A DNA stretch of 59,732 nt from a virus (IMGVR_UViG_3300032893_000049:1-59732), one strand, 5' to 3'. Counted from the stretch's first letter, positions 24,917 to 34,914 are shown. The notes: generated by a model not told the origin, from the sequence alone. Numbers and translations are program-made.

Positions 24917-25864
24917 GTGACCACCACCAGCCGCAAGACCACCAAGCGGACCATCAGCCCCGCCGAGCAGGCCCGCCGCGACGCCGACCGCCAAGCCAAG
25001 GTCGAAGCCGCCCACACCCTGCTCACCGAGGGCATCGCCAACCTCACCAACTCCACCCAGTGGACCGCGATGCTCACCACCGCCGCCCGCTTCCACCACT
25101 ACAGCTGGCGGAACTGCCTGATGATCCTCTCCCAGCGTGAGGACGCCACCCGCGTCGCGGGATACAAGACGTGGCAGGCCCTCGGCCGGCAGGTCCGCAA
25201 GGGCGAACCCGGCATCAAGATCTGGGCGCACATCACCGTGTGGCGGGACCCCAAGGACTCCGACCCCGCCGACACCATCGACCCCAAGACCGGCAAGGTC
25301 CGCCGCGACGGGTACCGCATCGAGCACGTGTGGGACATCGCCCAGACCGACGGTGACCCCCTCCCCGACACCGAACAGCCCAGGCCGACCCTGCTGACCG
25401 GCGACGCCCCCGACGGCTTGTGGGACGCCCTCGCCGCCCAGGTCACCGCCCTCGGTTACACCCTCCGCCGCGCGGCCCACCCGTCCAGCCCGGACGCGAA
25501 CGGCACCACCGACCCCCGTAACCGGACCGTCTACGTCCGCCCCGACCTGAACCCCGCGCAGGCCGTGAAGACCCTCGCCCACGAGATCGCCCACATCCGG
25601 TGCGGGCACACCGACCCCGGCCAGCACACCCCCCGCACCCGCGGCGAGGTCGAGGCCGAGTCCGTCGCCTTCGTGGTCGCCTCCTACTTCGGGTTGGACA
25701 CCAGCGACTACACCCTCGCCTACGTCGCCGGCTGGGCGGAGGACGGCAAGGAGACCGAGGCCGTCACCGAGACCGCCGACACGGTCATCCGGGTGGCCCG
25801 GCAGATCATCGACGACGCCGAGGAGCACATGACCCCCGACCTGCCGGTGGCGGTCGGCCAGTAA
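24917..25864 (+). CDS. ArdC-like ssDNA-binding domain plus HExxH metallopeptidase-like domain
   Basis: FHHYSWRN, VAGYKTWQALGRQVRKGE, VWDIAQTDG, KTLAHEIAH, EVEAESVA, YVAGW. Confidence 0.85.
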   Translation: MTTTSRKTTKRTISPAEQARRDADRQAKVEAAHTLLTEGIANLTNSTQWTAMLTTAARFHHYSWRNCLMILSQREDATRVAGYKTWQALGRQVRKGEPGIKIWAHITVWRDPKDSDPADTIDPKTGKVRRDGYRIEHVWDIAQTDGDPLPDTEQPRPTLLTGDAPDGLWDALAAQVTALGYTLRRAAHPSSPDANGTTDPRNRTVYVRPDLNPAQAVKTLAHEIAHIRCGHTDPGQHTPRTRGEVEAESVAFVVASYFGLDTSDYTLAYVAGWAEDGKETEAVTETADTVIRVARQIIDDAEEHMTPDLPVAVGQ

Positions 25865-26028
25865 CACCCCAAGCACTCGCCCCCGCCCGGCAGGGAAGGC
25901 CGGGCGGGGGCGGGCACCACACGACCACCATGTTGCCGGTTGTTACCAACAATGGCCGGTCGACGGCGGTACCATCCGATCCGACACGACCCCCAACACA
26001 CCCCCGCCAAGTACCCACAGGAGACCGC

Positions 26029-27255
26029 ATGAGCCACTACGTGGTCGTCGTCGTCACCGACAAACCCGACGACGTCGAATCGGCCCTCGCCCCCTACGAC
26101 GAGAACCTCGACGTCGACACCTACCCCAACTCCGCCGGGACGGTCGCCGACCACGCCCGCAACGCCCGCGACTGGTACGGCGAACACCCCCAGTACGCCC
26201 CGGAGGACCTGCTGCGCCACCGGATCCCCGCCGACCCGCAGGACGGCCACCCCGGCGACATCGTGCTGTTCGGGTCCCCGGACGGGGACGACACGCAGGT
26301 GTTCATCGAGTACGACCTCACCTTCACCACGCACACCACGACGTCGGACTTCGGCATGGAAGAGACCCACGGCACCTGGAACAACCCCGACGACGCCCGC
26401 GCGTTCCTCAAGGCCCTGCCCGAGGAGGTCCTGGCCCTCACCTACAGCCGCGACGACTACACGAACGTGCGGGTCGAAGGCGATCAGGTCATGTACGACT
26501 CCACCAGCAACCCGGACGGACTCTGGGACTGGTGGACCATCGGCGGCCGCTGGCGCGGGTACTTTCACCTCAAGCCAACCGACCCCGACTCCCCCGAACC
26601 GGGGGAACTCGGCGAGCCGGGCGTCCCCGAGATCATGCGGTTGCGTGACGGCCAGGCCGGCGAGGACTACACCGGCCGCGCCGACCAGGTCCAGTGGAAG
26701 AACGTTGACCGCGACGCCAGGCGCGAGGCTGCCCGGGCCAAGGCGAACCAGGAGTACGACGAGTTCGAGGCCGTGACCGCCGGGATCGACCCGCCCGAGC
26801 AGTCGTTCTCGGAGCTTGTTGACTCTGTGCTCACGGCCTCCGGTGTCCCCACCGACTGGTTCGAATACCTGGCCGCCACCGCCGAACGCCGGGAGGCCGG
26901 AGACAAGTCGTGGCGCGAACCGTGGGACAACGCCATCCAGCAGGCCCGCGAACGCTGGCACGCCCACCCGTGGGTGATGGCGTTCCGTGCGGCCCGCATC
27001 TGGGCGGACGACCCGATCAAGGACTACTGCGTGCACGCCGGCGGCCGGGACGAGTACGTGCGCCGCGCCGTCAACGCCGCTGGCGTCCCCTACGCCCTGA
27101 TCGTGGACGGTCAGTGGATCGCCAAGGGCCACATGGGTTGGTTCGGCATGTCGGACGACACCGTCACGCAGGACGACTGGAACGCCAAGGTCCAGGAGCT
27201 GTTCGACTCCCTCGACGGCGAGAAGTGGGTCACCGCCGTCGACTGCCACATCTGA
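26029..27255 (+). CDS. Conserved phage protein of unknown function
   Basis: MSHY…LAPYDEN, NPDGLWDWWTIGGRW, GHMGWFG, terminal VDCHI. Confidence 0.8.
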   Translation: MSHYVVVVVTDKPDDVESALAPYDENLDVDTYPNSAGTVADHARNARDWYGEHPQYAPEDLLRHRIPADPQDGHPGDIVLFGSPDGDDTQVFIEYDLTFTTHTTTSDFGMEETHGTWNNPDDARAFLKALPEEVLALTYSRDDYTNVRVEGDQVMYDSTSNPDGLWDWWTIGGRWRGYFHLKPTDPDSPEPGELGEPGVPEIMRLRDGQAGEDYTGRADQVQWKNVDRDARREAARAKANQEYDEFEAVTAGIDPPEQSFSELVDSVLTASGVPTDWFEYLAATAERREAGDKSWREPWDNAIQQARERWHAHPWVMAFRAARIWADDPIKDYCVHAGGRDEYVRRAVNAAGVPYALIVDGQWIAKGHMGWFGMSDDTVTQDDWNAKVQELFDSLDGEKWVTAVDCHI

Positions 27256-27330
27256 CCCCCCGTGACTGGGGGTGGGGGTCGGACCCCGTTGCGGACCCCA
27301 CCCCAGTCCATCCCTCCCGGGCGGACCCCG

Positions 27331-27543
27331 ATGAACCTGCAGATGTTCCAGGCCTTCGCCAGCGAGTACCCGATCCTCGCGGCGCTGCTGGTGTTCGCCA
27401 TCGTCTGGCAGGCGTGGGGCGTGGCCTGGGAGGTCATCGACTGGATCCGCGCGGTCCGCCACAACCGGCGCCGCACCGGGCACCAGCCCCAGCACGCGCA
27501 CGACCCCAGCGCCCCCGGCAACGGAAACGACGTCGCTGCCTGA
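27331..27543 (+). CDS. Small membrane protein
   Basis: One TM helix. Confidence 0.55.
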   Translation: MNLQMFQAFASEYPILAALLVFAIVWQAWGVAWEVIDWIRAVRHNRRRTGHQPQHAHDPSAPGNGNDVAA

Positions 27544-27567
27544 TCCCGCCACCCGGAAGGAACCCCC

Positions 27568-27987
27568 ATGCCCGACCCCACCCCACCCCCCAAGATCGGC
27601 GTCCTGGAGGCCTTGCAGCTGCTGCGCGCACAGCTCGCCAAGCGTGGCCCGGACTTCGTGTACCCCCACGCCGACGACATCTGCTCCAACTGGACCAGCG
27701 CCCCCGGCGGCCCCCACCTGCCGGACTGCATCGTCGGGCACGTCCTGTTCGACCTGGCCCAGCAGGGCCGCCTGGACTGGGGTGAGGTCCCGCAGTCCGC
27801 CGACATCTACGCCACGAACGTCGACCTGGGCCGCCCGTTCGACCCCGAAGCCGTCGAGGTCCTGGAGGTCGCCCAGGACCTGCAGGACCGCGGCCGCCCT
27901 TGGGGGTTCGCGGTCCGTGAGGCCGTCGAGCGGGCCCGGGACCTGGGTTACGACGTGCCCGACGAGACGGTGACCCCAGGTGCGTGA
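27568..27987 (+). CDS. Hypothetical phage protein
   Basis: GPDFVY…C…CIVG…QD…G-x-PWG pattern. Confidence 0.7.
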   Translation: MPDPTPPPKIGVLEALQLLRAQLAKRGPDFVYPHADDICSNWTSAPGGPHLPDCIVGHVLFDLAQQGRLDWGEVPQSADIYATNVDLGRPFDPEAVEVLEVAQDLQDRGRPWGFAVREAVERARDLGYDVPDETVTPGA

Positions 27988-28549
27988 CGTGCGGCCCTGG
28001 GTTGCTCGTCTGGGGCACCACGCGAAACCGCCCCTGACCGTGATCGTGGTGGCCTTCGCCGTCGCCCCGGACTTCCACGTCCACGGCTGGTGGCAGGTCC
28101 TGCGCCTGCTGCCGGCGGCCGTGGTTATCACCCTGCTGGCCGCCAGCTACGTCCACGACCGGGGGCTGTGCGGGCAGTGCATCGCCCGGTTCCCCCTGGA
28201 CGTGCAGGCGCAGGCCGACGCCAAGGTCGGCACCTTGCGACTCGCGCACCGACTGGACCACCCGCTGACCAATTCAGCCTTCTACGCGGTGCTCGGCGTC
28301 CTGGCCCTCTCGGAGTGGTACTGGCAGCCGCACATCGGCCGGTGGCAGTGGTCGCAGTTCTCGATCACGTTCGCCTTGTGGGTGATCGTCGTCCACCGCG
28401 CCGAGTCCATCCATTCCCGGCTGCAGGTGGCGTGCCCGTTCTGCCACTGGGGCCGCGGACACGGGGGCGACGACAGCGACGGCGCCCCGGAACCCCCCGA
28501 CCCCCACACCGTGACCGACCAGCCGCCCGCACCGACCACCCGACCCTGA
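27980..28549 (+). CDS. Membrane protein with H…CxxC motifs
   Basis: TM helices; HDRGLCGQC, HSRLQVACPFC. Confidence 0.7.
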   Translation: MRDVRPWVARLGHHAKPPLTVIVVAFAVAPDFHVHGWWQVLRLLPAAVVITLLAASYVHDRGLCGQCIARFPLDVQAQADAKVGTLRLAHRLDHPLTNSAFYAVLGVLALSEWYWQPHIGRWQWSQFSITFALWVIVVHRAESIHSRLQVACPFCHWGRGHGGDDSDGAPEPPDPHTVTDQPPAPTTRP

Positions 28550-28562
28550 GCGGAGAACCCCG

Positions 28563-29105
28563 ATGGCCAAGCCCGGAGACCGCGTGTTCGCGGTCAGCAA
28601 CGTCACCCCAGACACCGTCTACCTGTTCGGGTTCGGCACGTACGCCGGCCGGAAACTGGCGCCCGGCACGAAGCCGGAGGACCTGGTTCCGTCCGAGGCC
28701 GACATCGCCGAGTCCGCCCGGATGATCCAGGAGATGGACGCCGACGCCGCCAACCTCGACACGGTGTCCGACCGGATCGCCCGCGAGAACGGCGCCACCG
28801 AGGAGGAGATCGCCACCTATCAGGCGGAACGCGCCGCGTACCGGGCGCGACCCGTCAACGAACGGGCCGTGGAACTGTCCCGGCAGGTCGCCGAGTCGCT
28901 GGCCCGCAATCCCCGCATCGACCTCGACAACGGTGGCCACGCGTGGGGGTTCGAGTGCTGGTGGGGTCCCGAGGACCGGTTCGAGGAGATCCGGCAGGGC
29001 CGCGCCGTCGTCGAGATTGTCCCGCAGTTCAACGAGAAGGGCCCCAACGAGCCGGCAACGGCCGTGGAGCGGAGCCTCCAGGCGCTGATCAGAGAGATCG
29101 CATGA
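28563..29105 (+). CDS. Hypothetical phage protein
   Basis: FGFGTYAG, NPRIDLDNG…WGFECWW. Confidence 0.75.
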   Translation: MAKPGDRVFAVSNVTPDTVYLFGFGTYAGRKLAPGTKPEDLVPSEADIAESARMIQEMDADAANLDTVSDRIARENGATEEEIATYQAERAAYRARPVNERAVELSRQVAESLARNPRIDLDNGGHAWGFECWWGPEDRFEEIRQGRAVVEIVPQFNEKGPNEPATAVERSLQALIREIA

Positions 29106-29815
29106 TGGAGCCGCCATTCACTCCGGGCCTGTACCGGGTGACGTTCGACCGGATCGGCCGCGACCGCCCAGGCCCGCTCCTTGCCCCGGCCGGGACCGGC
29201 CCGGACCTGGCCGACGCCGTCTACCGGTACGCCGACCCGCACATCGGCTCCAGCGACCTGGAGGTGGACGTCAAGTTCGACGGCGGCGGTTTCCTCACCG
29301 TCGGCGGAATGCGCGACGCGGGCACATTCCGGTGGGAGCTGATCCGCGCACCGAAGCGGATCCAGTTGCGGCGCACGAAGGGCTGGCGGATGCCGGCCGG
29401 CGCCGTCAGCGTGGCCCGGCCCACACGGTGGGGCAACCCGTTCCGGTGGCACCACCCGACGATGGGCCTGGTCCACGAACCCGGGATCGGCGGCGACCGG
29501 CCCTGGGACTACGAGGGCCGCATCAGCCGGGCCGGCAACCGCCACGACTTCCATTTCGGAGGCGGTCGGGTCGTCGAGGCGCACGTCCGGTGGGCGACCC
29601 GCGCCGAACTGGTCGAGCTGTTCCGGTTGGCGCTTGTGCGTGAACCCACGGCGGGGATGCGGATGGCGTACCCGTCCGGGTCGTTCGTGAAGGTGACCGT
29701 TGAGGAGGTCCGTCGCGATCTCGCCGGCCGGGATCTGGCGTGCTGGTGCCCGGATGGTCAGCCGTGCCACGCCGACGTGCTGCTCGGCATCGCCAACAGC
29801 GAGGCACCGTCGTGA
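29102..29815 (+). CDS. DUF4326 protein with extra N-terminal domain
   Basis: RIQLRRTKGWRMP, RPTRWGNPF, LAGRDLACWC…CHADVL. Confidence 0.85.
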   Translation: MMEPPFTPGLYRVTFDRIGRDRPGPLLAPAGTGPDLADAVYRYADPHIGSSDLEVDVKFDGGGFLTVGGMRDAGTFRWELIRAPKRIQLRRTKGWRMPAGAVSVARPTRWGNPFRWHHPTMGLVHEPGIGGDRPWDYEGRISRAGNRHDFHFGGGRVVEAHVRWATRAELVELFRLALVREPTAGMRMAYPSGSFVKVTVEEVRRDLAGRDLACWCPDGQPCHADVLLGIANSEAPS

Positions 29816-30099
29816 CGGTCTACGTGGACGACATGCTCCGGCGCGCCCGTGTCGGCCGGCTCACTTCCCGGTGGTCGCACCTCCTCGCGGACACCAGCGA
29901 GGAACTGCACGAGTTCGCGGCCCGGCTCGGGCTGCGCCGAGAGTGGGTGCAGCACCCCGGGAGCGTGCTGGAGCACTACGACGTGACCGAGCAGAAGCGG
30001 GCACGCGCGATCAAGCTCGGCGCCATGCCGATCACCTACCACGAGTCCGGCGAGATCGTCCTCCGCAAGCGGGAAGCGCAGGAGGCCGGCCGTGGCTGA
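29812..30099 (+). CDS. DUF4031 protein
   Basis: VYVDD, WSHLLAD…ELHEFAARLGL, HYDV. Confidence 0.85.
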   Translation: MTVYVDDMLRRARVGRLTSRWSHLLADTSEELHEFAARLGLRREWVQHPGSVLEHYDVTEQKRARAIKLGAMPITYHESGEIVLRKREAQEAGRG

Positions 30100-30484
30100 G
30101 CAGAGCCGGGATCTCGCCCGGGAGCACGTGATCGAGGACCTGACCGACATCACCGGCTGGACGTTCTGGACCGAAAAGGCCGAGGCGTTCGGTCTCGACC
30201 CGACGGTCATCCCGGTGCTGCTCGGCATCGCCGCCGACCATCTCCGCAAGTACGGCCGGCTCCTGTCCGCGGACGCGCTCGCCCTGATCGCCCGCGTCCA
30301 GCCCGACCAGTGCGTGTGCCCCGTCCCCGACGAGCCACCCCACGGCGTGCCCTGCCGCGTCCACCCCGACGACCAGCTGCGCGCGGACGCCCTCCGCAAG
30401 GTGCTGCAGCGCGCCGTCGACCGCGGCCTGCTCAACCCCGACCGGGTCGAGGCCATCGTCGCCGCGGAGGTGCCGCGTGCCTGA
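30092..30484 (+). CDS. Hypothetical protein
   Basis: GGAGG RBS; overlaps neighbours. Confidence 0.6.
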   Translation: MAEQSRDLAREHVIEDLTDITGWTFWTEKAEAFGLDPTVIPVLLGIAADHLRKYGRLLSADALALIARVQPDQCVCPVPDEPPHGVPCRVHPDDQLRADALRKVLQRAVDRGLLNPDRVEAIVAAEVPRA

Positions 30485-31235
30485 CAACGCCCGCGACATC
30501 GCCGAGCCGAACACGATCCTGCGGGTCCTCGCTGGCTCCGAAGTCCACGGCACGAATCTGCCCGGCTCCTCCGACCACGACGAGCTCGGCGTGTGCATCC
30601 CACCGAAGACGCATGTCCTGGGGATCGCGACGTTCGAGCAGTGGGAGCACCGCACCGCGGCGCAGGGCACACGATCGGGTCCTGGCGACATCGACGTCAC
30701 CGTCTACGCCCTCGCCAAGTTCTGCCGGCTCGCCGCCGCCGGGAACCCGAGCATCCTGCTGCCCCTGTTCGTCCCCGACGAACACACCCTCGTCGTCACC
30801 GACGAGGGTCGCCTTCTGCGCGACCACGCGCACCTGTTCTGGTCCCGCGCCGCCGGCCACCGGTTCCTCGGCTACCTCACCTCCCAGCGGGACAAGATGC
30901 TGGGGGTGCGGGGGAACCGCACGAAGCGGCCCGAGCTGGTTGCCGAGCACGGCTACGACACGAAGTTCGCTGGGCACGCGGTCCGGCTCGGCTACCAGGG
31001 TGTGGAGTTCCTGGAGACCGGGCGCCTCACCCTGCCCATGGGACCCGTCGCCCGGGAGTCGATTCTGGCGGTCCGTCGCGGCCAGCACGAGCTTGCCGAC
31101 GTCATCGACCTCATCAACGCGTACACCGTCCGACTGCGGGTCCTCGTCAAGGACGAGTCGATCCCGTACGCGGCCGACCGTCAGGCGATCAGCGACCTCA
31201 TGATCCGGCTGTGCGAGTCGTGGTGGTCACGATGA
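30477..31235 (+). CDS. DNA pol beta-superfamily nucleotidyltransferase (RlaP/YcgL-like)
   Basis: GSEVHG…SDHD, GNPS, GYDTKFAGHAVRL. Confidence 0.85.
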   Translation: MPDNARDIAEPNTILRVLAGSEVHGTNLPGSSDHDELGVCIPPKTHVLGIATFEQWEHRTAAQGTRSGPGDIDVTVYALAKFCRLAAAGNPSILLPLFVPDEHTLVVTDEGRLLRDHAHLFWSRAAGHRFLGYLTSQRDKMLGVRGNRTKRPELVAEHGYDTKFAGHAVRLGYQGVEFLETGRLTLPMGPVARESILAVRRGQHELADVIDLINAYTVRLRVLVKDESIPYAADRQAISDLMIRLCESWWSR

Positions 31236-31825
31236 CCGACGTGTGGTTCACCGCCGACCTGCACCTGGGCCACGCCCGGATCTGCGAGCTGTCCGGCCGC
31301 CCGTTCGCGACCGTCGAGGACATGAACCAGGCGCTGATCGAACGGTGGAACGACACCGTCGGCACCCGCGACACGGTGTGGGTGCTCGGCGACTTCGCAA
31401 TGGGCACGATCGCGGACACGCTGCCGCTCGGGCAGCGCCTGCACGGGGAGAAGCACCTGATCCTCGGGAATCACGATCGGCCGTTCATGCGGCGCGGCAA
31501 GCCGGACGAGCAGGCGTGGCGGGACTGCTACCGCGACGTGGGCGGGTTCACGGAGATCCACTTCGGCGTCGACATCCTGCTGCCCACCGCGCCCGTGCCG
31601 CTGCGGGTCCTTCGGCTGTCCCACTTCCCCTACGTGGGTGACTCCCAGGACGTCGACCGGTACCCCGATCAGCGGCCGACCGACAGCGGGTGGTGGCTGC
31701 TGCACGGCCACGTCCACGAGAAGTGGAAGATCAACGGTAGGCAGATCAACGTCGGAGTGGACGTGTGGGACTTCGCGCCCGTTCACCTCGACGCGCTGCT
31801 GGCGTTGGCGGGAGGCGCGTCGTGA
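31232..31825 (+). CDS. Calcineurin-like metallophosphoesterase
   Basis: ADLHLGH, LGD, GNHD, HFP, HGHVH, NVGVD. Confidence 0.92.
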   Translation: MTDVWFTADLHLGHARICELSGRPFATVEDMNQALIERWNDTVGTRDTVWVLGDFAMGTIADTLPLGQRLHGEKHLILGNHDRPFMRRGKPDEQAWRDCYRDVGGFTEIHFGVDILLPTAPVPLRVLRLSHFPYVGDSQDVDRYPDQRPTDSGWWLLHGHVHEKWKINGRQINVGVDVWDFAPVHLDALLALAGGAS

Positions 31826-32103
31826 AGCCGTATCCGCTGCCGCATCGCCCGCCCCGCGCTTGGCTGACCCCGCCGGGGCAGTGGGACGGGCCGCTTCTGT
31901 CCCGGGGCGGCGACGAGTGGGGCCGGTACACCCTGGCGTTCCGGCTGCCCGGCCACCGCGCCTTGGTCGTCCCGTACCGGTGGTGCATGGACCCCGACTG
32001 CGAGGAGTGCCGCGACCGGTGCCGGGTGACCGGCCGGCTGCACTACTCGTGGACCGGCGACCGAACCAACTGCGACGACTGCGGGGGAGGTGACCGGCCG
32101 TGA
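31822..32103 (+). CDS. Hypothetical Cys-rich protein
   Basis: GGDEWGR, CxxC pairs; coupled. Confidence 0.55.
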   Translation: MKPYPLPHRPPRAWLTPPGQWDGPLLSRGGDEWGRYTLAFRLPGHRALVVPYRWCMDPDCEECRDRCRVTGRLHYSWTGDRTNCDDCGGGDRP

Positions 32104-32360
32104 GCCGGCCGAGGCTGCGGCTGGTGACGGACGCCGACACGCCAAGGCCCCGCCGGCGCCTGTCGTTCCTGCTTGACGCCGACGTCACCACCGGCCTGCG
32201 GATGATCGCGCTGCGGGACGGCGTGAAGGTCCCCGACCTGCTGCAGCGCCTGGCCCGCGACTACGTCGCCCGGCGTCTCGCCAGCGACGAACACCTGGCG
32301 GCCGCCGTTGACGCGGCCAACGACTACCAGCGGACCCACACCACGGGAGGCACGTCATGA
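32100..32360 (+). CDS. Ribbon-helix-helix-like DNA-binding protein
   Basis: RRLSFLLD…LRMIALRDG…DLLQRLARDYV. Confidence 0.55.
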   Translation: MSRPRLRLVTDADTPRPRRRLSFLLDADVTTGLRMIALRDGVKVPDLLQRLARDYVARRLASDEHLAAAVDAANDYQRTHTTGGTS

Positions 32361-32719
32361 CCGGCCACGAGGTCGTGCCCCGCTTGAACGGACCCACCTA
32401 CCGGGCCCGGAAGGCGCCGGCGGCGGAGCTGTTGAGCGCGGACTGGGACGACGTGCAGGTGATTGTGTGGCGCACCCAGGACGTGGACGTGGCTGTGCCG
32501 CTGGCGGCCCGGGCGTGGCGCAGGGAGCTGGACGGTCCGCTCCCGGGGTCCGTCCTAGTCGGGTGGTTCCGCAGCGTGCCGTGGGACACCGGCGCGGGCG
32601 GCGACTGGTCGGTGATCGACGCCGGACCGAACGAGCGGGGCGCGACTCCCGGTGTGTTGTTCCGAGAGCCGACGCGTTGGGAGCTCCAGCGTCTGCGGGA
32701 GTCGGGTGATCGGCTGTGA
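32357..32719 (+). CDS. Hypothetical protein
   Basis: GGAGG RBS; coupled. Confidence 0.65.
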   Translation: MTGHEVVPRLNGPTYRARKAPAAELLSADWDDVQVIVWRTQDVDVAVPLAARAWRRELDGPLPGSVLVGWFRSVPWDTGAGGDWSVIDAGPNERGATPGVLFREPTRWELQRLRESGDRL

Positions 32720-33219
32720 TGGGCCCCGAGCACCGGGTCGCCGCGGTCGCCGCGTGGCTGGGGGTCGCCCCGCACCTGGGTGTCACCCCGGGCCAGCTGG
32801 TGGTCGGGACGCTGTTCGCCGGTGCGGCCGGGCACGGCCGGTTGTCCCCGGATGCCGACCAGGAGGGGTGGCTGGCGAAGCTGATCCCGGGCGGGCACCG
32901 GGGCATCACCCACTGGTGGCCGGTCACCCTGGTCATGTTCCTGGCCGGCACCCGCCTGGGCACCTACGGGTGGCAGGTTGAGGCGGTCGCGGTGGCGTGG
33001 GCGTCGCACCTGGGCGGGGACGTGGTGTTCGGGGAGATCCCTGTCCTGCCCCGCCGCGGCGGCCGGTGGGTGCGGTTCGGTGTCGGCCTGGACACCGGCG
33101 GCTGGTCCGAACGGTGGGTGGCCCGCCCCCTGCTCCTGCTGACCGTCCTGGCGCTCGCCCTGGTCGACGCCGGGGTGATCCCGTCCGCCTGGTGGTTGCA
33201 CCCCCACCCTTCCATCTGA
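32716..33219 (+). CDS. Membrane metal-dependent hydrolase (YdjM-like)
   Basis: MMGPEH, PDAD, HRGITH, SHLGGD. Confidence 0.8.
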   Translation: MMGPEHRVAAVAAWLGVAPHLGVTPGQLVVGTLFAGAAGHGRLSPDADQEGWLAKLIPGGHRGITHWWPVTLVMFLAGTRLGTYGWQVEAVAVAWASHLGGDVVFGEIPVLPRRGGRWVRFGVGLDTGGWSERWVARPLLLLTVLALALVDAGVIPSAWWLHPHPSI

Positions 33220-33269
33220 AAGGATGACCGCATATGCTGGTTAGTAGTCCAATCGTGGAAGGCAGTGAC

Positions 33270-33788
33270 GTGGCGCGAGGCAAGGTCCCCGAACTGGTCA
33301 GCCTCAGGGAGGCCGCCCAGATGTGGGGTGTCCCCTACAGCTCGATGGTCGCCCTGCCGTCCCGCTACCCGCCCGGGCACAGGCGCGCCTTCCCCGCCTG
33401 GACGGGGAGCCTGAACGACCAGCGGGAGAAGCTGTACCCAGGCCCCGAGGTGAAGGCGTGGCTGGACGGCCGCCCGGGCAGGCAGGGCCGCCCCCAGATC
33501 AATCCCCCCGACTACCTGTCCGAGGGCGCCTGGACGACCCTGGTCCGCATCGCCGACCACGGCGCCCACCAGCAGCGCCCGGACCGGTGGCGCGGCAACC
33601 ACGACATCGTCACCGACGGCGGCGCCACCCTGGACATGCGGGTCGTGGGCCCGCTGGTCGCTGAGGGTCTGGTCCGGGCCGTCGGGAAGAGGGGCGGGAT
33701 CCGCTACGTGGTCACCGCGGACGGGCGGCGCCTACTCGACGACCCGGCGAACCAGGCGTGGCTGACCAAGGCCCGCGCGACCGCCTGA
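33270..33788 (+). CDS. Putative DNA-binding protein (N-terminal HTH, C-terminal winged helix)
   Basis: LVSLREAAQMWGV…FP…RPG; LVAEGLVR…YVVTADGRR. Confidence 0.6.
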   Translation: MARGKVPELVSLREAAQMWGVPYSSMVALPSRYPPGHRRAFPAWTGSLNDQREKLYPGPEVKAWLDGRPGRQGRPQINPPDYLSEGAWTTLVRIADHGAHQQRPDRWRGNHDIVTDGGATLDMRVVGPLVAEGLVRAVGKRGGIRYVVTADGRRLLDDPANQAWLTKARATA

Positions 33789-33816
33789 ACTGTCGGAGCG
33801 GTCCCGTACGCTCCCC

Positions 33817-33854
33817 GTGAAGCCCCCGCACAGCCTCGGTTGCGGGGGCTTCAC
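33817..33854 (+). terminator. Terminator hairpin
   Basis: gtgaagcccccgca…tgcgggggcttcac. Confidence 0.7.
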
Positions 33855-33931
33855 CACACCCTGACACCACGGGGGGAGTCCTGCCGGTTGTTGCCGCCAT
33901 AAACCGGCAGGTCAGGCGCTACATTCGGACC

Positions 33932-34111
33932 GTGCCCACCGACTCGTCCCTGCCCCCGATCGAGCCGCCCGCCGACCTCCGCACCGGCGCCCTGATCCAC
34001 CGGCAGATGTTCATCGCCTACACCGACGCCGGGTTCACCGAGGCCCAAGCGATGGACTTCATCAAGACGATGATCGTGGCGTCGTGGCGCCCGGGCACCG
34101 GTACGGCGTGA
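33932..34111 (+). CDS. Small conserved actinophage-type protein
   Basis: QMFIAYTDAGFTEAQAM; coupled to next gene. Confidence 0.65.
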   Translation: MPTDSSLPPIEPPADLRTGALIHRQMFIAYTDAGFTEAQAMDFIKTMIVASWRPGTGTA

Positions 34112-34914
34112 CCACCCCGGCCGCCCCCTGTGCGAGCGGCTGCACCCTGCGCGACCGCCACACCACACCCACCCCAGACAAGCACCCCGACGACTGCCCC
34201 GGCTGCCAGCCCCGCCCCACCGTGCCCGGCCTGGCCGTCTGCTGGCGCTGCTACTACCGGCTCGTGGACGCCCTCACCCGCGCCCCCGACCTCGTCGCGC
34301 ACATCCGCGACCACGTCACCCCCGGCTCGGCCGTCCGGCAGGAAGGCACCCGCGGGAAACGCCCCGCACCACCCGCCCCCCTCAACGTGACCGCCGTCGC
34401 CGACGCCGACGACCTGCACGCCCTGCTCGCCTCCTGGGCGGGCGTCATCCTCACCGACCACCCCGACCACCTGACCGGCCCGTCCTGGTCGGGGACGCGG
34501 CTCCTGCCGGCCCGCCGCCGGCCCAACACCCCCGTCTACCTGGACCCCGAACCGGCAGGCCTCACCACGACCGGCGACTGGCACGCCACCGCCGCAGTCA
34601 CCCGCTGGATCTACACCCACCACGAGTGGGCGCTCACCCAGGAGTGGGCCGGCGACCTCACCACCGAGGTCACCACCCTGGTTGCCACCCTCCGCGGCCG
34701 CTACCCCGTCGAGGAACGCCCCACCTACACCGGCGCCCCCTGCCCGAACTGCGGCCGCCCGTCCCTGATCCGGTACGCCCCCACCTGCTGGCAGGGCCCC
34801 GTCACGATCACCTGCGCCGACTGCGGCACCACCGTCCCCGAGAAGCTCTACGGCGCGTACGTGCGGGTCCTGCTCGCCGAACGCCGCGCCCAGGCCCGAG
34901 CGGCCACCCCATGA
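34108..34914 (+). CDS. Zn-finger putative late-gene regulator
   Basis: CWRC, PAPLN, CPNC…CADC; typical position before tRNA/terminase in actinophages. Confidence 0.6.
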   Translation: MTTPAAPCASGCTLRDRHTTPTPDKHPDDCPGCQPRPTVPGLAVCWRCYYRLVDALTRAPDLVAHIRDHVTPGSAVRQEGTRGKRPAPPAPLNVTAVADADDLHALLASWAGVILTDHPDHLTGPSWSGTRLLPARRRPNTPVYLDPEPAGLTTTGDWHATAAVTRWIYTHHEWALTQEWAGDLTTEVTTLVATLRGRYPVEERPTYTGAPCPNCGRPSLIRYAPTCWQGPVTITCADCGTTVPEKLYGAYVRVLLAERRAQARAATP

